A stretch of 63,272 nt of DNA, counting the filler, from Octopus bimaculoides (lineage: Eukaryota): NCBI RefSeq assembly GCF_001194135.2. It is 5 parts of 5 records of this genome, joined end to end, with 100 filler letters (N's around TTAATTAATTAA, not from the genome) between each part and the next. Parts side by side here need not be neighbours in the genome. Positions count along the whole stretch, not along the records: positions 1 to 28,834 come from NC_068984.1; 4 more parts are not named here. One strand, 5' to 3'. Numbering within the stretch: position 1 is the first letter of the stretch; each line of letters starts with the position of its first letter. The position numbers and the translations under genes are program-made. Below are positions 1-12,539 of this stretch, piece by piece. The notes beneath the pieces were generated by a model. The model had not been told where the DNA came from and searched no databases. It saw nothing but the letters and a program-made list of their open reading frames with translations.

Positions 1-25
1 AGAGAGAGAGAGAGAGAGAGAGAGG

Positions 26-60
<35 letters not shown>
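1..60. repeat. (GA)n microsatellite
   Basis: Directly visible dinucleotide run. Confidence 0.95.
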
Positions 61-63
<3 letters not shown>

Positions 64-340
64 AAGATGTATATATGTGTGCGTGTATGTATGTCTTGTA
101 TATTTGCCGACAGCCTGCGATTTGGCATGATGGAGATTACTCTCTCAAAGCGCCGGTTGTTAAAACACTTCAGAATCATGGACAGGAGAGATAACTCATC
201 ATCATGTCCCAATGAGAGATAATGGACATCGACGTCTCGCTGTTTTTTTGTGATTTATTATTTTGATAAGTATATGTTATCTTATCAAATGTTTATTACA
301 GTATGCTTATTATACTTGCACTGTTTCAATTCACTTTTGA

Positions 341-445
341 ATATACACACACGCACACACACATACATGCGTACATACATACATACATGCATGCATGCAT
401 ACATACATACATACATACATACATACAAACATACATACACATATA
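341..445. repeat. (CA)n/(CATA)n compound microsatellite
   Basis: Directly visible; explains ORF 250..462. Confidence 0.9.
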
Positions 446-656
446 AGTTAAGTTCCAGTTAACGGCTAAGCACAACTATCAGTATCTAACACTTGTGACT
501 ACAATATGTTGCTAGTCACGTGGTGAATTCTTCCGACGGATAGTTTTGTGTACTCTTCGCTAGACAGTAAAAATTGCTTGAAGTATGTTTCAATATTAAT
601 AATGATTAAGAGCATGGACATTTGTACATCTACAAAACTTATTTTATGGTTATAAT

Positions 657-740
657 GACCTACACGTGTTTCTGCTTCATCAACTACTCACTGGTGCAAA
701 TTCAACCCTGCAATATTGTCGGTGCAGCTTCATCAGAGTC
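657..740 (-). ncRNA. Minimal type I hammerhead-ribozyme-like motif with intact core
   Basis: Minus strand reads GACU-CUGAUGA-AGCU..(49 nt)..AGCA-GAA-ACACGUGU-A-GGUC: stem I GACU/GGUC, canonical core, palindromic stem III, GUA triplet. Confidence 0.5.
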
Positions 741-1539
741 CAGGGATTTGGTCATCCTCGAAGTGAACTGATTGAAATAGAGTTTTGTTAGTAAGTGTTC
801 TGTGTGAGGTGGGGGTATTGTTACTTATTGGTATGTGCTGCCGTCCTCAACTTCACCCCGCTATATGACAATTATATCAATGTGGCGAATACGCAGAATA
901 AATAGTTGAATATCAGAGAAAAATTCTTGTATTTAATTAGGAATGTCTATTTTCTGATATCCCATCGAGCTCAAGTTAGGCTTTCATCCTTCTGGGAATC
1001 TATGAATTAAGTATGAACTTAGATACTACTGAAGGGTGGGTGACTGGTGGAACATTTAGAGAAATGTTCAAAATTCTTTACCCTGTTTTACCGGTTCTTT
1101 TCAATTTGATTCTCCGTACACTCGCCTAGTCGAAAATATGTTGTCTAGTAAAATCTACTCTAAGGGAGACACAAGACACAAGGAAATCAGTTTTGAATAT
1201 TCGTTTCAAAAGGTGTTGACAAGGAGGAAGCAGCTGACAAGTAAGTAACTGAGGACCGTTCGTCATTGTTATGAGGTTGGAAACATTTCTAATTATTTAT
1301 TTCAATGCTTGTCACACAAAATATGGGCATACTAATGTGCCTGCTGGTTTCGTCTCGGTCTGCGTACTTCCTCCCAGTAAATTCTTTTAAAATATGTTGT
1401 ATATATTTCTGGTATTCATATTTGTAAAGTGAGATGTCACAATGGATTTAACAATGGAGAATCAAACAACTAAACGAATGGGTAACGGTCGTATGCTGTT
1501 ACCATTTTTCTGACTGGCAAGGCGTTCCAGATATGATCC

Positions 1540-1561
1540 TCTCTGTCTTTCTCTATCTCTC

Positions 1562-1608
<47 letters not shown>

Positions 1609-1620
1609 CTCTCTCTCTCC
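1540..1620. repeat. (CT)n microsatellite
   Basis: Directly visible. Confidence 0.95.
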
Positions 1621-1709
1621 ACCTGTGTGTCTGTTGATATATTGTTTTTATTCACATTATTTACAGTATTTACATTTGACGGATATTTGTCCCCATCTTG
1701 TTTGTTGTT

Positions 1710-1756
1710 AACACACCGTTTCGGCTGATATACCCTCCACCCTTTATCAGATGTCT
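1710..1756 (-). ncRNA. Degenerate minimal hammerhead-like motif
   Basis: GACAU-CUGAUAA-A-GGGUG-loop-CAGCC-GAAAC-GGU-GUGUU; core G8>A, one stem II mismatch, triplet GGU instead of GUH. Confidence 0.45.
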
Positions 1757-1809
1757 TGGAGAAATTTCGAACCTGGGTACTCATTCCTAAGTATTTGTCG
1801 ATGTTATTG

Positions 1810-1875
<66 letters not shown>

Positions 1876-1942
1876 TGCCTGGAATCGAGCTCGGAATCTT
1901 GGGGTTAGAAGCCCCCGCTCTTAACCACTACGCCATATTCCC
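1876..1942 (-). other. tRNA-Arg(UCU)-like SINE head with Pol III A and B boxes (not a functional tRNA)
   Basis: gggaatatggcgtagtggttaagagc-gggg-cttctaa-cccc-aagattccgagctcgattccagg: A-box TGGCGTAGTGG, 7-nt anticodon loop with TCT, B-box-like GAGCTCGATTCC; acceptor stem not closed. Confidence 0.65.
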
Positions 1943-2011
1943 GTCAAATGTAAATAATAAACATAATTCCCCATCTCTTAAATATAGAGCAGTATTGTTC
2001 TTATTGTCTTG

Positions 2012-2205
2012 TACTTGTTTCAGTCATTAGATTGCGGTCATGCAGGGACACCGTCTTACAGAAATTTTAGTCGAATGAATCGACCCCGTTACTTATTTTT
2101 AAGCTTAATATTTATTCCATCGACTTTTAGGCCGAGCCATGAAGTTACAGGAACGCACATATACCAACACCAATTGTCAAGCAGTGGTGGAAGGACAAAC
2201 ACAGA
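2012..2205 (-). mobile_element. SINE family B, 3' part
   Basis: Reverse complement of the 3' half of the full copy at 35392-35783 (tttcagtcatt..gactgcgg..catgc). Confidence 0.85.
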
Positions 2206-2230
2206 CTTAAAGGCACCCACATGGACATGC

Positions 2231-2520
2231 AGGAGTGATTGTGTGGTAAAAAGCTTGCTTCCCAGCCGTGTGATTCCGGTTTCAGACCCACTGCGTGACA
2301 CCTTGGGCAAGTGTCTTCTACTATAGCCTCGAGCCAATCAAAGCTTTGTGAGAGGATTTGGTAGACGGAAACTGAAAGAAGCCGGTCGTGTATGTGTGTA
2401 TGTGTGCGTGTGTGTGTGATTGTCCTCCACTACTGCTTGACAACCTCCACCACTGCTTAACAAGGCGATCGTACAGTATGGCCGCAGTCTAATGACTGAA
2501 ACAGATAAAAGAATAAAAGA
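2231..2520 (+). mobile_element. SINE family B (tRNA head, CORE-like ccttgggcaagtgtc, internal microsatellite), internally deleted
   Basis: Matches 35392-35783 and 33881-34048. Confidence 0.88.
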
Positions 2521-2534
2521 GTATATACGACACA

Positions 2535-2688
2535 CTTCTTTCAGATTCTATCTAGCAAATCAAGTGACAAGGCTGTGGTCGGCCCGGGACCATAGTAGAA
2601 GACAGATGCCCAAGGTGCCACGCAATGGGACTGAAATCGGAAACTTAACTTATAGTTGGGAAGTAACCTTCTTACCCACATCCACGCC
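2535..2688 (-). mobile_element. SINE family B, 5' head
   Basis: Reverse complement of the head (cccaaggtgccacgcaatgggactgaa). Confidence 0.85.
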
Positions 2689-3634
2689 TAAGCTACTATA
2701 TATATACACTAGACCCAATATGGTATATCTTTTTAAAGGTGATAGGGTTTGATTTGACAGACATTTATGTGTCATTCCTAGATTTGAGTGACCACATAAA
2801 GGCATTCAATTGATCTTGTTGATTAGAGCGTTGCAAAATTCAAGAGAGTACTCAATGTTCCTGCAGCACTACCGTCATCTACCTCTGTAGCCGGTATATG
2901 TATCATGTATCTCCCTCCACAGCGCTTATGTAAATATAATTGGTCTGATATAGGTGAATACCAATCGTGAGGAAAAGTTAAAGAATTCACTCGATTATCT
3001 GAAAATAAGTTGATCATGTAGTAGTACTTAAAATAAAATTATTAAGTAGAACAGAACGTAATTTTCATGCCTTCTCTTACAGGCATACACACACATTATA
3101 TATAAAATCGAAATTACTAAGAATTACTAAGTGACCTTTCTTATCGAACAATGTTGACCATTGTTATCTTCATTTTCAGAACAATTCATTGCCTTGCGTA
3201 TAAAATATAGATTTATCAAAGAAGAAGCAGAAAAGAAATAATGCAATCAGTATCATTTACAACGAAAATAATGAAATCTCCTCTTCTATCATCCTACGAA
3301 ATTCGTTTTACAATCGAAGCAGCTAAGTTGCTTCGAAATCAATCAATATTCATACTGTTGAATAAAAATAATCTTTGTTACACTGAATGTTGATGTGCTA
3401 CGATAACACAAGAGCATCATACTAAGTACAGCTGGTTCTGCAACTGGACTGCCTGGGGAAAATTCATCTCAGAAATTTTTTTACCAATATCTATAGCTAT
3501 CTTTTTTATAAAAGAAGAAAATACCTTCTGGTTTTATTATGACAAATATAAGAGAAAATTAAGCAGGTTATATAACAATATCCAAAATCATTTGCGATTC
3601 GAATAGACTGCTTCACAATATTTGTTCTGCTCTG

Positions 3635-4068
3635 AAGACGGCGAGCTGGCAGAAACATTAGCAAGCCGGGCGAAATCCTGCTAAGCATTTCGTCTGCTGC
3701 TACGTTCTGAGTTCAAATTCCACTGAGGTCGACTTTGCCTTTCATCCTTTCGGGGTCGATTTAATAAGTATCAGTTATGTACTGAGAGCGATGTTATCGA
3801 CTTAATCCCTTTGTCTGTCCTCGTTTGTCCCCTCTGTGTGTAGCCCTTTGTGGGCTGTAAAGAAATAAGAAAGGTTAGCCCGCCGGGCGAAATGCTTAGC
3901 GGTATTTCGTCTGTCTTCATATTCTGAGTTCAAGTTCTACCGAGGTCGACTTTGCCTTTTATCCTTTCGGAGTCGATAAATTAAGCACCAGTTGGGTACT
4001 GAGATCAATCTAATCGACTAGCTCGCTCCCCAAAAATTTCGGGCCTTGTGCCTTGAGTAGAAAAGAAT
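3635..4068 (+). mobile_element. SINE family A, head-to-tail dimer
   Basis: Two units with B-box gagttcaaattcc and core gtcgactttgcctttcatcctttcggggtcgat; junction aaagaaataagaaaggttagc near 3860-3880; unit 1 has tail T1, unit 2 has tail T2. Confidence 0.9.
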
Positions 4069-4118
4069 ATTTCTTTCGTCTGTTTCCAATCCCTCCGAAT
4101 TTAGTTCTTCATTTCACC

Positions 4119-4197
4119 CTTCCATGTTTATAATTTAAACTTCAATCTAGTAATGAATTCTTCCATGTTTATAAATTAAACTTCAATCTAGTAATGA
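4119..4197. repeat. Tandem duplication, period 41 bp
   Basis: cttccatgtttataa(t/a)ttaaacttcaatctagtaatga at 4119 and 4160. Confidence 0.9.
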
Positions 4198-6279
4198 CTC
4201 TTCTGGAATTCGGCTATGTTAACTATGGAAAAGGTCGTGGGAGAACCATTCACATCACTTCTGTCTCCAGAATTAGAGAAGGGTTGATCAAGTGGTTTAA
4301 ATAGTTGCATATTTTTTATCGTCTGAAAAAGAGTTGACATGTTACTGCAACAATCAAATGAGAGACTAATGTGTTATCTAGTGCGGAACGGGAATATAGA
4401 TACAGACCTTGAAATAAAGAAAAATTTGTTTTGGATTTCAGAAGACATCATGTAGTTAGAAGAATTGAAGTTCCATTGCAAAAAGACAAAGGAAGTGTCA
4501 TTTTAATCAATTTAAACCCTTCCCCTAAAATTAATGGCCTTGTGCCAAAATGTGAAACAAGCATTTATTAAAAATAAACCATACTTATTGTTATTTCATT
4601 TTCCTTTTCTGGTTTTTATATCAATTGTTGGAATGAAATTTGACCTGCCCAAAGTGCGTCATGTCTAATTGATACATTTGTATTGTCATCAATGCTTACA
4701 AAGAATTATTAGTACAAATGAAAAATCGTTACGAATTTTCAAACAACTAAGTGCTTTCAGATAGCATGGCTGTTCGAATATTTAGTTCAATTACATTTGC
4801 ATGTTCTGATGTGCGGATATATATNNNNNNNNNNNNNNNNATATATACTCTTTTACGATTAAAAACATCATATGTTAATTTATGCTAGAATGTCTTGCTA
4901 TAAAAGTTTCGCTATCAACTAAAAATCTGTAAGATTATATCAATAACATATACCTCAGTCTGCTATTTTATTTCTCCGCCTTACTCCAGTTGAACAACGG
5001 CTACCCGTCTGTTTTCGGATTTGTAAGTGTCATATGTAAATGAGGATGAGATGACAGAAGGCATTAGCTGAAAGTTAAAGATAATCATTTTTCTAAACTG
5101 AATATATAGTAACAGCTGCGTTTTGATATGTGAAATACTTAAGAAATCCCATAAGTTGAGATAATATTACAACCGTGTTCATAGAGCAACAATATTAATG
5201 CAAATATGTAACTAAGTAACCAAAGAGAGACAGAATATTTTTTCTGGCAAGAAATCATGTAATCTATTCGTTAATTATTAAATAATATGTTTTCGGTACA
5301 CAGAAAAAGCAATTTTTAACTGAAACGATAAACTTTTCGATTTAATTAAAATCATATCACAAAATTCATATAGTGTTAAAATTATATTTGTACGATTTCG
5401 AATAACGATTTTGATTTTTAAATCAGATGTCTGATTTAAAATCCAATATTATTACTCTAAAGTTTTCCAATATTACTATGCATTTATTTCGCTCCATTAA
5501 ACAAATAAATTCCCACCAGCTATTGAATTTCTTTGGTATGCAGTGGATGTTAATCTTCTGACTGACAATTACATTTCACTGTGCTGTAACTTTTAATCTG
5601 ATTAAAAACTAGGTCGTCTTCAATGCATTTCATTTGATATGTATTTCTTTTCGTTTTAATTTAATATATCCGGTAGATATTGGTGAAAATACATGTTGTA
5701 TATAAGATTAAAGATTGAACTGTCTTTCCGGAGTAAGTGCATGTGTTTATGCAAATATTGGTTGCATTTGCACTCAGACGATTTGTGTTGGTTGTGCAGC
5801 ATTTCGTTACATCAGAAGTGCGACAAATGCCATGCATATAAAATAATGAAGGTTAAGAAATTCAAAGAAAGAATAATCAACCGATGCTGACAAACCTTAC
5901 AACTACTGTTGTCTTTGTAATGTTATCAATCATTTTGAATCGATGTACATCCAATATGTCGTTCTGAGATGTTTCTCAGTACTTGATTTATGTTTATTTG
6001 TTACACATCTTGCATTTGCAGCGCATCATATTTTATTCCCACAGTGTTATACCACAAACTGCACTTTGCTGTATTTTATATTAAAAGTCTCGAGTTCTAG
6101 TGTTATTTTTGTCATATAAATTTGTGTAAGGTTTGCTGTTCGTCATTTCGGTATTGATATAAGTTCTAAAGGCTTTTAAAGATGTGAAAGCTAAAGAAAT
6201 AAAGATCCGTTAACATAATATAGGGGTTTGTGTTTAATCTATGACGTTATATTACTGAGCATATCTCTAAGTAATACAC

Positions 6280-6330
<51 letters not shown>

Positions 6331-7134
6331 GTGCGTTTTAAGTGTCTGTGTGTATGCATGTTTTAAGCGTCATTATGCCGGGGAGTATAATTTTTGTAAC
6401 AAAGAAAAGTATCATGTATGCATGTACAGTAGCAACGGCATTGTAAAGCTTCAGAAGTAGTTGTAGATATTTATCACGCACATTATAATACATACAGATA
6501 TTTCTCGCATTTTAGGACTTATTAGTGTATAGCAAACACTGATGCTTCTTCTGCCCCTTAGTTTAAATGCATTCATATTGACAGTAAATAGCTTTTCTTT
6601 GTAAATGTGAAGATTCCATCTAAAAAAAAATATTAAAGTCTTATGTATATAGAACTTTAATACAGTGATCAAATATGCAATATGTATACGCATTCTGGGA
6701 ACCAACTTCATCATTAACGTTTATCTGTTGAAAATCTAACAGAATATCCTGCGGGAATAGAATTAATTCATTGATTTATTATTTTCTTTACTGTCATATT
6801 ATGCAATAATATTCATCACGTCTTTTTCTCTGTGTGAAAAATGATGTTCGGTGCTAATAATTCTCTTCTTAAATATTTCCCAATTCTCAGTTGTGCCATA
6901 ATATATTCTCATGTTAAAATGTACATTCGATTAATGTTTCAGATGTAACGTATTTTTCTTACATATTTAGTTTTATTCTACCAACTTTTAGTTTATTATT
7001 CGAAAGTTATATTTTGATATGTTGTCCTGAAAATGTATTAACATAAGAATAATGTTTTTATTTTAATGAATCTGAGTAGCGTGTTGACCAAAAGAGAACA
7101 CCAAACTGAATTACTTGCAGTATTTAGTTACATT

Positions 7135-7335
7135 AAGGCGGCGAGCTGGCAGAATTGCTAGTACGGTGGCATTTCGAACCTCTCAAAGTTCTAGGTTCAA
7201 ATTCCGTCGATGCCGACATTGCCTTTCATCTTTTCAATGTCGATAAAATAAATACCAGTTCTGCATTTACGTCAATGTAATTGTCTTACTCTCTCTTCGG
7301 ATATTGCTGGCGTTGTGCCAAAATTTGAAACCAAT
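7135..7335 (+). mobile_element. SINE family A, diverged monomer
   Basis: aaggcggcgagctggcagaa head, ggttcaaattcc, gcctttcatc core, gttgtgccaaaatttgaaaccaat tail. Confidence 0.85.
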
Positions 7336-9607
7336 ACTAAGTTACATAATTTACGTTTTAAGTTCAATCCAATTTGTGCGGACGTGTTAAATAAACCAGG
7401 AAGCGAAAAGTAATTATCAGACATATGCATGAGTAGATTTATTCAACTTCTATTTAGATGATTCACAATTTCATCTGGATTTCAGAAATAATGCAGTTGT
7501 CATTTTCCATTAAAACTTTTTTTAAAGATTAAAGTTGCAGCATAGTAATTGTCACTCAAAAGATTAGCATCAGATGCATAGACAAGAAATGATAAGGTAC
7601 ATACACACATATTTATATAAGTATAGTTATATGTCACATACGTGCATACATATACATATATACATACATACATATATATATATATGTGTGTGTGTGTAGG
7701 TACATATATATACATGCATGTATACTTATATAGATACATACACACACAAACACATGTACAAACATATGCGCACATATTTTTGTACTGCATGTAGCCAAAT
7801 TATTATAAGATTATATTTATATGCAAACTGCATTACTGTCAATCCATAACTATGCGTATTGGTCGTCCAAGAAGTATCCTTTGATATCAGAATTTGTCAC
7901 TTTCCTATGTTAAATAACACTTAATGTAGTCTCTACAATTTCTGATAATGCTGCAAAGTATTCAACCTGCTGATCTTTTGCGGCATATAGTTACAGGTCA
8001 ATCACTGAAAGGGAAGATGCATTAAACCACAATCATTGTATGGAGAAACCTAATTGTATTTGTCTAGATAACTGTCTCAAAAGAACTGCAATCTTCAAAT
8101 TAAATCTAGTATCATGTTATTTTAATGATTCATATTATATAGACTTCGAGTTTATAAAGAACTGTCTACCAGTTTTAGATTGTATTTTTAAAGAAATTAA
8201 CGACCATATTATATTAATATACTTTTCTCATATGGTGATTCATTTTAAATTCAGTTAATATTTTACAAAATTTCAGTCCAATCATATGATAGCTTCTGAA
8301 GTTTACATTGTCGCGTACCGGTTATTTGATAACCAGTTGGTGCTATGGTGACGGCAACTAGTTCTTGTTTGCCTATGTGATTTTTAGATATATACGAGCG
8401 TAGTTCATAAATTCTATATAAATATTGGTAGATTGCTTATTAAATGAGTCAGCTTCAAATCTGTTGACGGGTGTCATCATTTTAGTTCTGTTTGCAGTCA
8501 ATAACATTTTCAAACCATCTGTTATGTGATTGTATATCGACCATTTTTGACATTCTTAATTCCAAAGTTCCTCAGTTGTTGGCGTTACACATAAAGCGTT
8601 CTTTCACTGTGATTATTTTTTTATAATACTAATAAAAGTGTATGTATTATAATGGTTCTCATGTTTCAAAATATTTTCCAAATGTCGGCACTTGTTTCGT
8701 GATTGTCCATTCCGTTATCGTAATAATTTTGAACGTTTTATACGCTTATACATACTTGTCAGTATTTTACTGAGCAGCTTATTTTCTTTCATTTACCTCC
8801 TCCATGTAATTTGTGTTTGTATTCTTTTCGGATGAAAACTTAGTTTGTGCCTTTGTACACTTACGTTGCTGTGTAAACGTACTTATTCTATAGTAGCAGC
8901 TAAAATCCGAAAACTGATGAAACTGAAGACAGGTTAGATGCACAGCAGTTAGCAGAATTCGATTTAGCCGTCGAATTCAGTGTTGCATATATTCCATATT
9001 AGAATTACTTTCTATTTACTGATATAAATTACTTTAAAACACATTTCCACTTATTAGTGATAAGGAATTGTGATGCTATATATGATATTCATGGCACACC
9101 TAAACATTTGTTCATCTTTAAAGACAGTAGTTACAAATCTCTGTTTCTATAGAGAAGTTTTATCCTTTTCTCTTACACCAGTAAATCCAATTCGTGGTTG
9201 TCTTCAGGGAAAAAACTTGTTTTTGTTGCTTTCGTTTAGCCCTATTAGCTCTGATTGAAAAAAGACCTTTCATTAAGACAGTCTAGTCTAACTTGGCTTT
9301 CTCTAGGTATCTAGAACTACAGTATTTATTTGTCTGTCCATATTTAAGACGGTAAGCTGTAATTTGAAGGTGATATGAATACAATATCTGACAAGTCAAC
9401 TGACCACATCGGAGTTTCAATGTTGACATTTCTGATGATATATTGGTACTTTGTAATTCCATCTGGAGACGTATTTACGACTTTAGAAATTAAAGTATTC
9501 TCAGGGTAACGAAGAAAAGGGTTTATATGCTTACTCAATGTGGGTATACAAACCAGAAAACATAACAGAAAAAGCAGTGTTAGTTGTTGAATATATTATG
9601 GAATGCT

Positions 9608-9745
9608 AAGGCGGTGAGCTGGCAGAACCGTTAGCACGCTGAGCAAATGCTGAGCGGCATTTTGTCTGTCTTAGTATTCTGAGTTCAAATTCTGTGGAGG
9701 TCGACTTTGCCAAATTTCAGACCTTGTACCAATAGTAGAAAGACA
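9608..9745 (+). mobile_element. SINE family A, internally deleted
   Basis: Head and B-box intact; gtcgactttgcc joined directly to the T2 tail aaatttcagaccttgtacc. Confidence 0.85.
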
Positions 9746-10699
9746 TATATTATTGGATGCTATCGAGTGGAAATAAGGAGAGTAAGAGAGTGTATAAAAG
9801 ATAAACTGAGAAAGAGGAAGGGACTCTTATGAAAGGGGAAGAATGTATCAAAACTTGCTCACTTTTAGGTAGGGAGTATTTTTATTACTCATTGGCAAAG
9901 CAGTAACCGAAACAAGGTCTTTGTCCATGGTATTATTCACATGAAGGCCTCTATGTAGATGAAGAGGCAGTTGGCTTCGTGTTTACAGATAGACATACAT
10001 ATTCACATAAACATATTCATAAACTCACATGCACACATTAAGTGAATTCACACATAAACCCGAACTGTTTCAGATGTGCTACCAACTTACATGTTGCCTC
10101 ATGCGTGCACACACACTAACACACGTGCTAAACAATGCATATACACGAGTTTTGCATGCATTTAGTGTGGCCACGCGCGCACACAAACATACGTATAGAA
10201 AAAAAATAGTGAACGAATTTACAGAAAATTAAAATTTAAAATAAGATTAAGCATAAGGGTAAAATCATTGTTACAGAAATATTCTGCATACAAGACAACA
10301 GCCGGGTGGAGATATTAGAAATACGAAAATGAGAGAAGTTCATACAGATCTAAAGGGGAAGATGCAATTGGTTTTTATATATATATACAAGTTTATATAT
10401 AAGTTTATACATATATAAGTTTCTTTGTTTTTTGTTTTTTTTCTCGAGCATTATGTTTCATGGCAGATGGAAGTCCTGAACAGCGAAGAGAGTTAATTAA
10501 GCGGCAAGACATGTTGGAAGAGTATTCCACCACTTGACTTGTACTGCATAGTAAAACACTGCAGAAGTACCCATACAAATCTTTACACAGGCAACAGACG
10601 GTTTCACAAGCACATATTTGCCTGTAGGATGTAGATTTAATATACTATACAAGCATGGTGGAGGATGATACGGTAATATATATTAATGTATATATGTGC

Positions 10700-10737
<38 letters not shown>

Positions 10738-12105
10738 NNNNNNNNNNNNNNNNNNNNNNNNNNNNNNNNNNNNNNNNNNNNNNNNNNNNNNNNNNNNNNN
10801 NNNNNNNNNNNNNNNNNNNNNNNNNNNNNNNNNNNNNNNNNNNNNNNNNNNNNNNNNNNNNNNNNNNNNNNNNNNNNNNNNNNNNNNNNNNNNNNNNNNN
10901 NNNNNNNNNNNNNNNNNNNNNNNNNNNNNNNNNNNNNNNNNNNNNNNNNNNNNNNNNNNNNNNNNNNNNNNNNNNNNNNNNNNNNNNNNNNNNNNNNNNN
11001 NNNNNNNNNNNNNNNNNNNNNNNNNNNNNNNNNNNNNNNNNNNNNNNNNNNNNNNNNNNNNNNNNNNNNNNNNNNNNNNNNNNNNNNNNNNNNNNNNNNN
11101 NNNNNNNNNNNNNNNNNNNNNNNNNNNNNNNNNNNNNNNNNNNNNNNNNNNNNNNNNNNNNNNNNNNNNNNNNNNNNNNNNNNNNNNNNNNNNNNTATAT
11201 ATATATATATGTATATATAGTATAGAAATGAACAAAAGCAATTTAAATGAACTCACAGATACACACTTAAACACTTATGTATATTCATATAAATATGCGT
11301 AACCTGTGTAGGGGAGTCGTGTAGTGTGAGGATGTATTCAATACAAATAATCCCTTAACCCCTGAATATATTTCAACTTTTACTTGTGCAGTAAAAATGA
11401 ACACAATTATTTTCAGTTTTGAGTTCTGTTGTACCCGTTTTTCATTCATACCTGAATACATACATACATAGATACATACATACATAGTATGAGGTTTAGA
11501 ACAAAATACTTTTCATCACAACCTTGCTATTAAGTAGCCGAGGGTAAAAATTTACTCTAAAATTAAAGAGAAAGAGAACATATATAAATGAAAATATAAT
11601 ACATACATACAAACATATATGCACGCGCGTGTATATATGTATATGCACGTGTTTATATGACTGTATGGACGAATGTGTATAAGCAAAAGACCACTTCTTA
11701 GATATTAAGTTAGAAGCTAGCCAAGTAATACACAACGAAAAAGAAAATAGAATGGGATATATATCCACGAGTTGCATTCTATTGTGAAAATTCGTTCTGA
11801 CCTAGGAGAGAATATTGGTCGCAATTAACTTCCCACGACGCTCCGATAAGTCCTATTTACTAGATTTCTTGAACTCACGAATTGCAGTTAGTGAATTAGT
11901 TCATTGTTATTGACAATGCCATCCTGGCAATTTATATATCGACTTTGATATAAAATGTGTATCCACTTTATCCCTTGGTGGCGTTGAGGAGGAATATCTA
12001 TTATCCCTTTCATTTTCTCCCTGAAAATTATATTCAAGTTTAAACGAATATGATTATATGATATCCTGAGACATAACTCAATTCTCATTCAAGATATTAG
12101 CAAAT

Positions 12106-12207
<102 letters not shown>

Positions 12208-12539
12208 CGTGTGTGTGTTTGCGTGTGCGTGCGTGTATACACATACATTCATGCCTTCCTACACATGCACACACACATATATATATGTGTGTGTGTGTGT
12301 GTATACACACACATATATATATATATATGTCTGTTTGAGCGTGTGAAATTGCACAAATGGAAAAAAAGGGAATAAAAACGGACAGACAAGTAATGTGACA
12401 GGTAATACGACAGGTCGACAAACATTTGAAGGCGGTGAGTATATGTAAGCGGTATCTGTAAGCAATCGCACACACAAAATATAGCAATAAAAGTTGTGCA
12501 TAGTGAATAGTAAGGAGAAGAAAGGAAAAAGAAAGCAAG

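Larger units (their letters stand above)
1621..1990 (-). mobile_element. Short non-autonomous element: tRNA-like head + (AAT)n + hammerhead-like motif, with a 16-bp inverted repeat near the ends
   Basis: tRNA-like head 1942-1876, (ATT)n 1802-1873, hammerhead-like motif 1756-1710, and tatttacatttgacgg 1667-1682 inverted to ccgtcaaatgtaaata 1941-1956. Outer boundaries are approximate. Confidence 0.55.

Noticed and set aside
1876-1942. Functional tRNA-Arg gene
   Set aside because: The acceptor stem is unclosed, the T-arm is mismatched, and it is embedded in a repeat; treated as a SINE head.
3627-3665. TGCT-CTGAAGA...GAAAC-ATT-AGCA hammerhead-like pattern at the SINE-A head
   Set aside because: No valid stem II. 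CTGAAGA arises from flank plus a variant base, since other copies start aaggcggc; coincidence.
9344-9538. 64-aa minus-strand ORF with protein-like composition
   Set aside because: No recognisable homology and no convincing flanking splice sites; cannot be supported as an exon.
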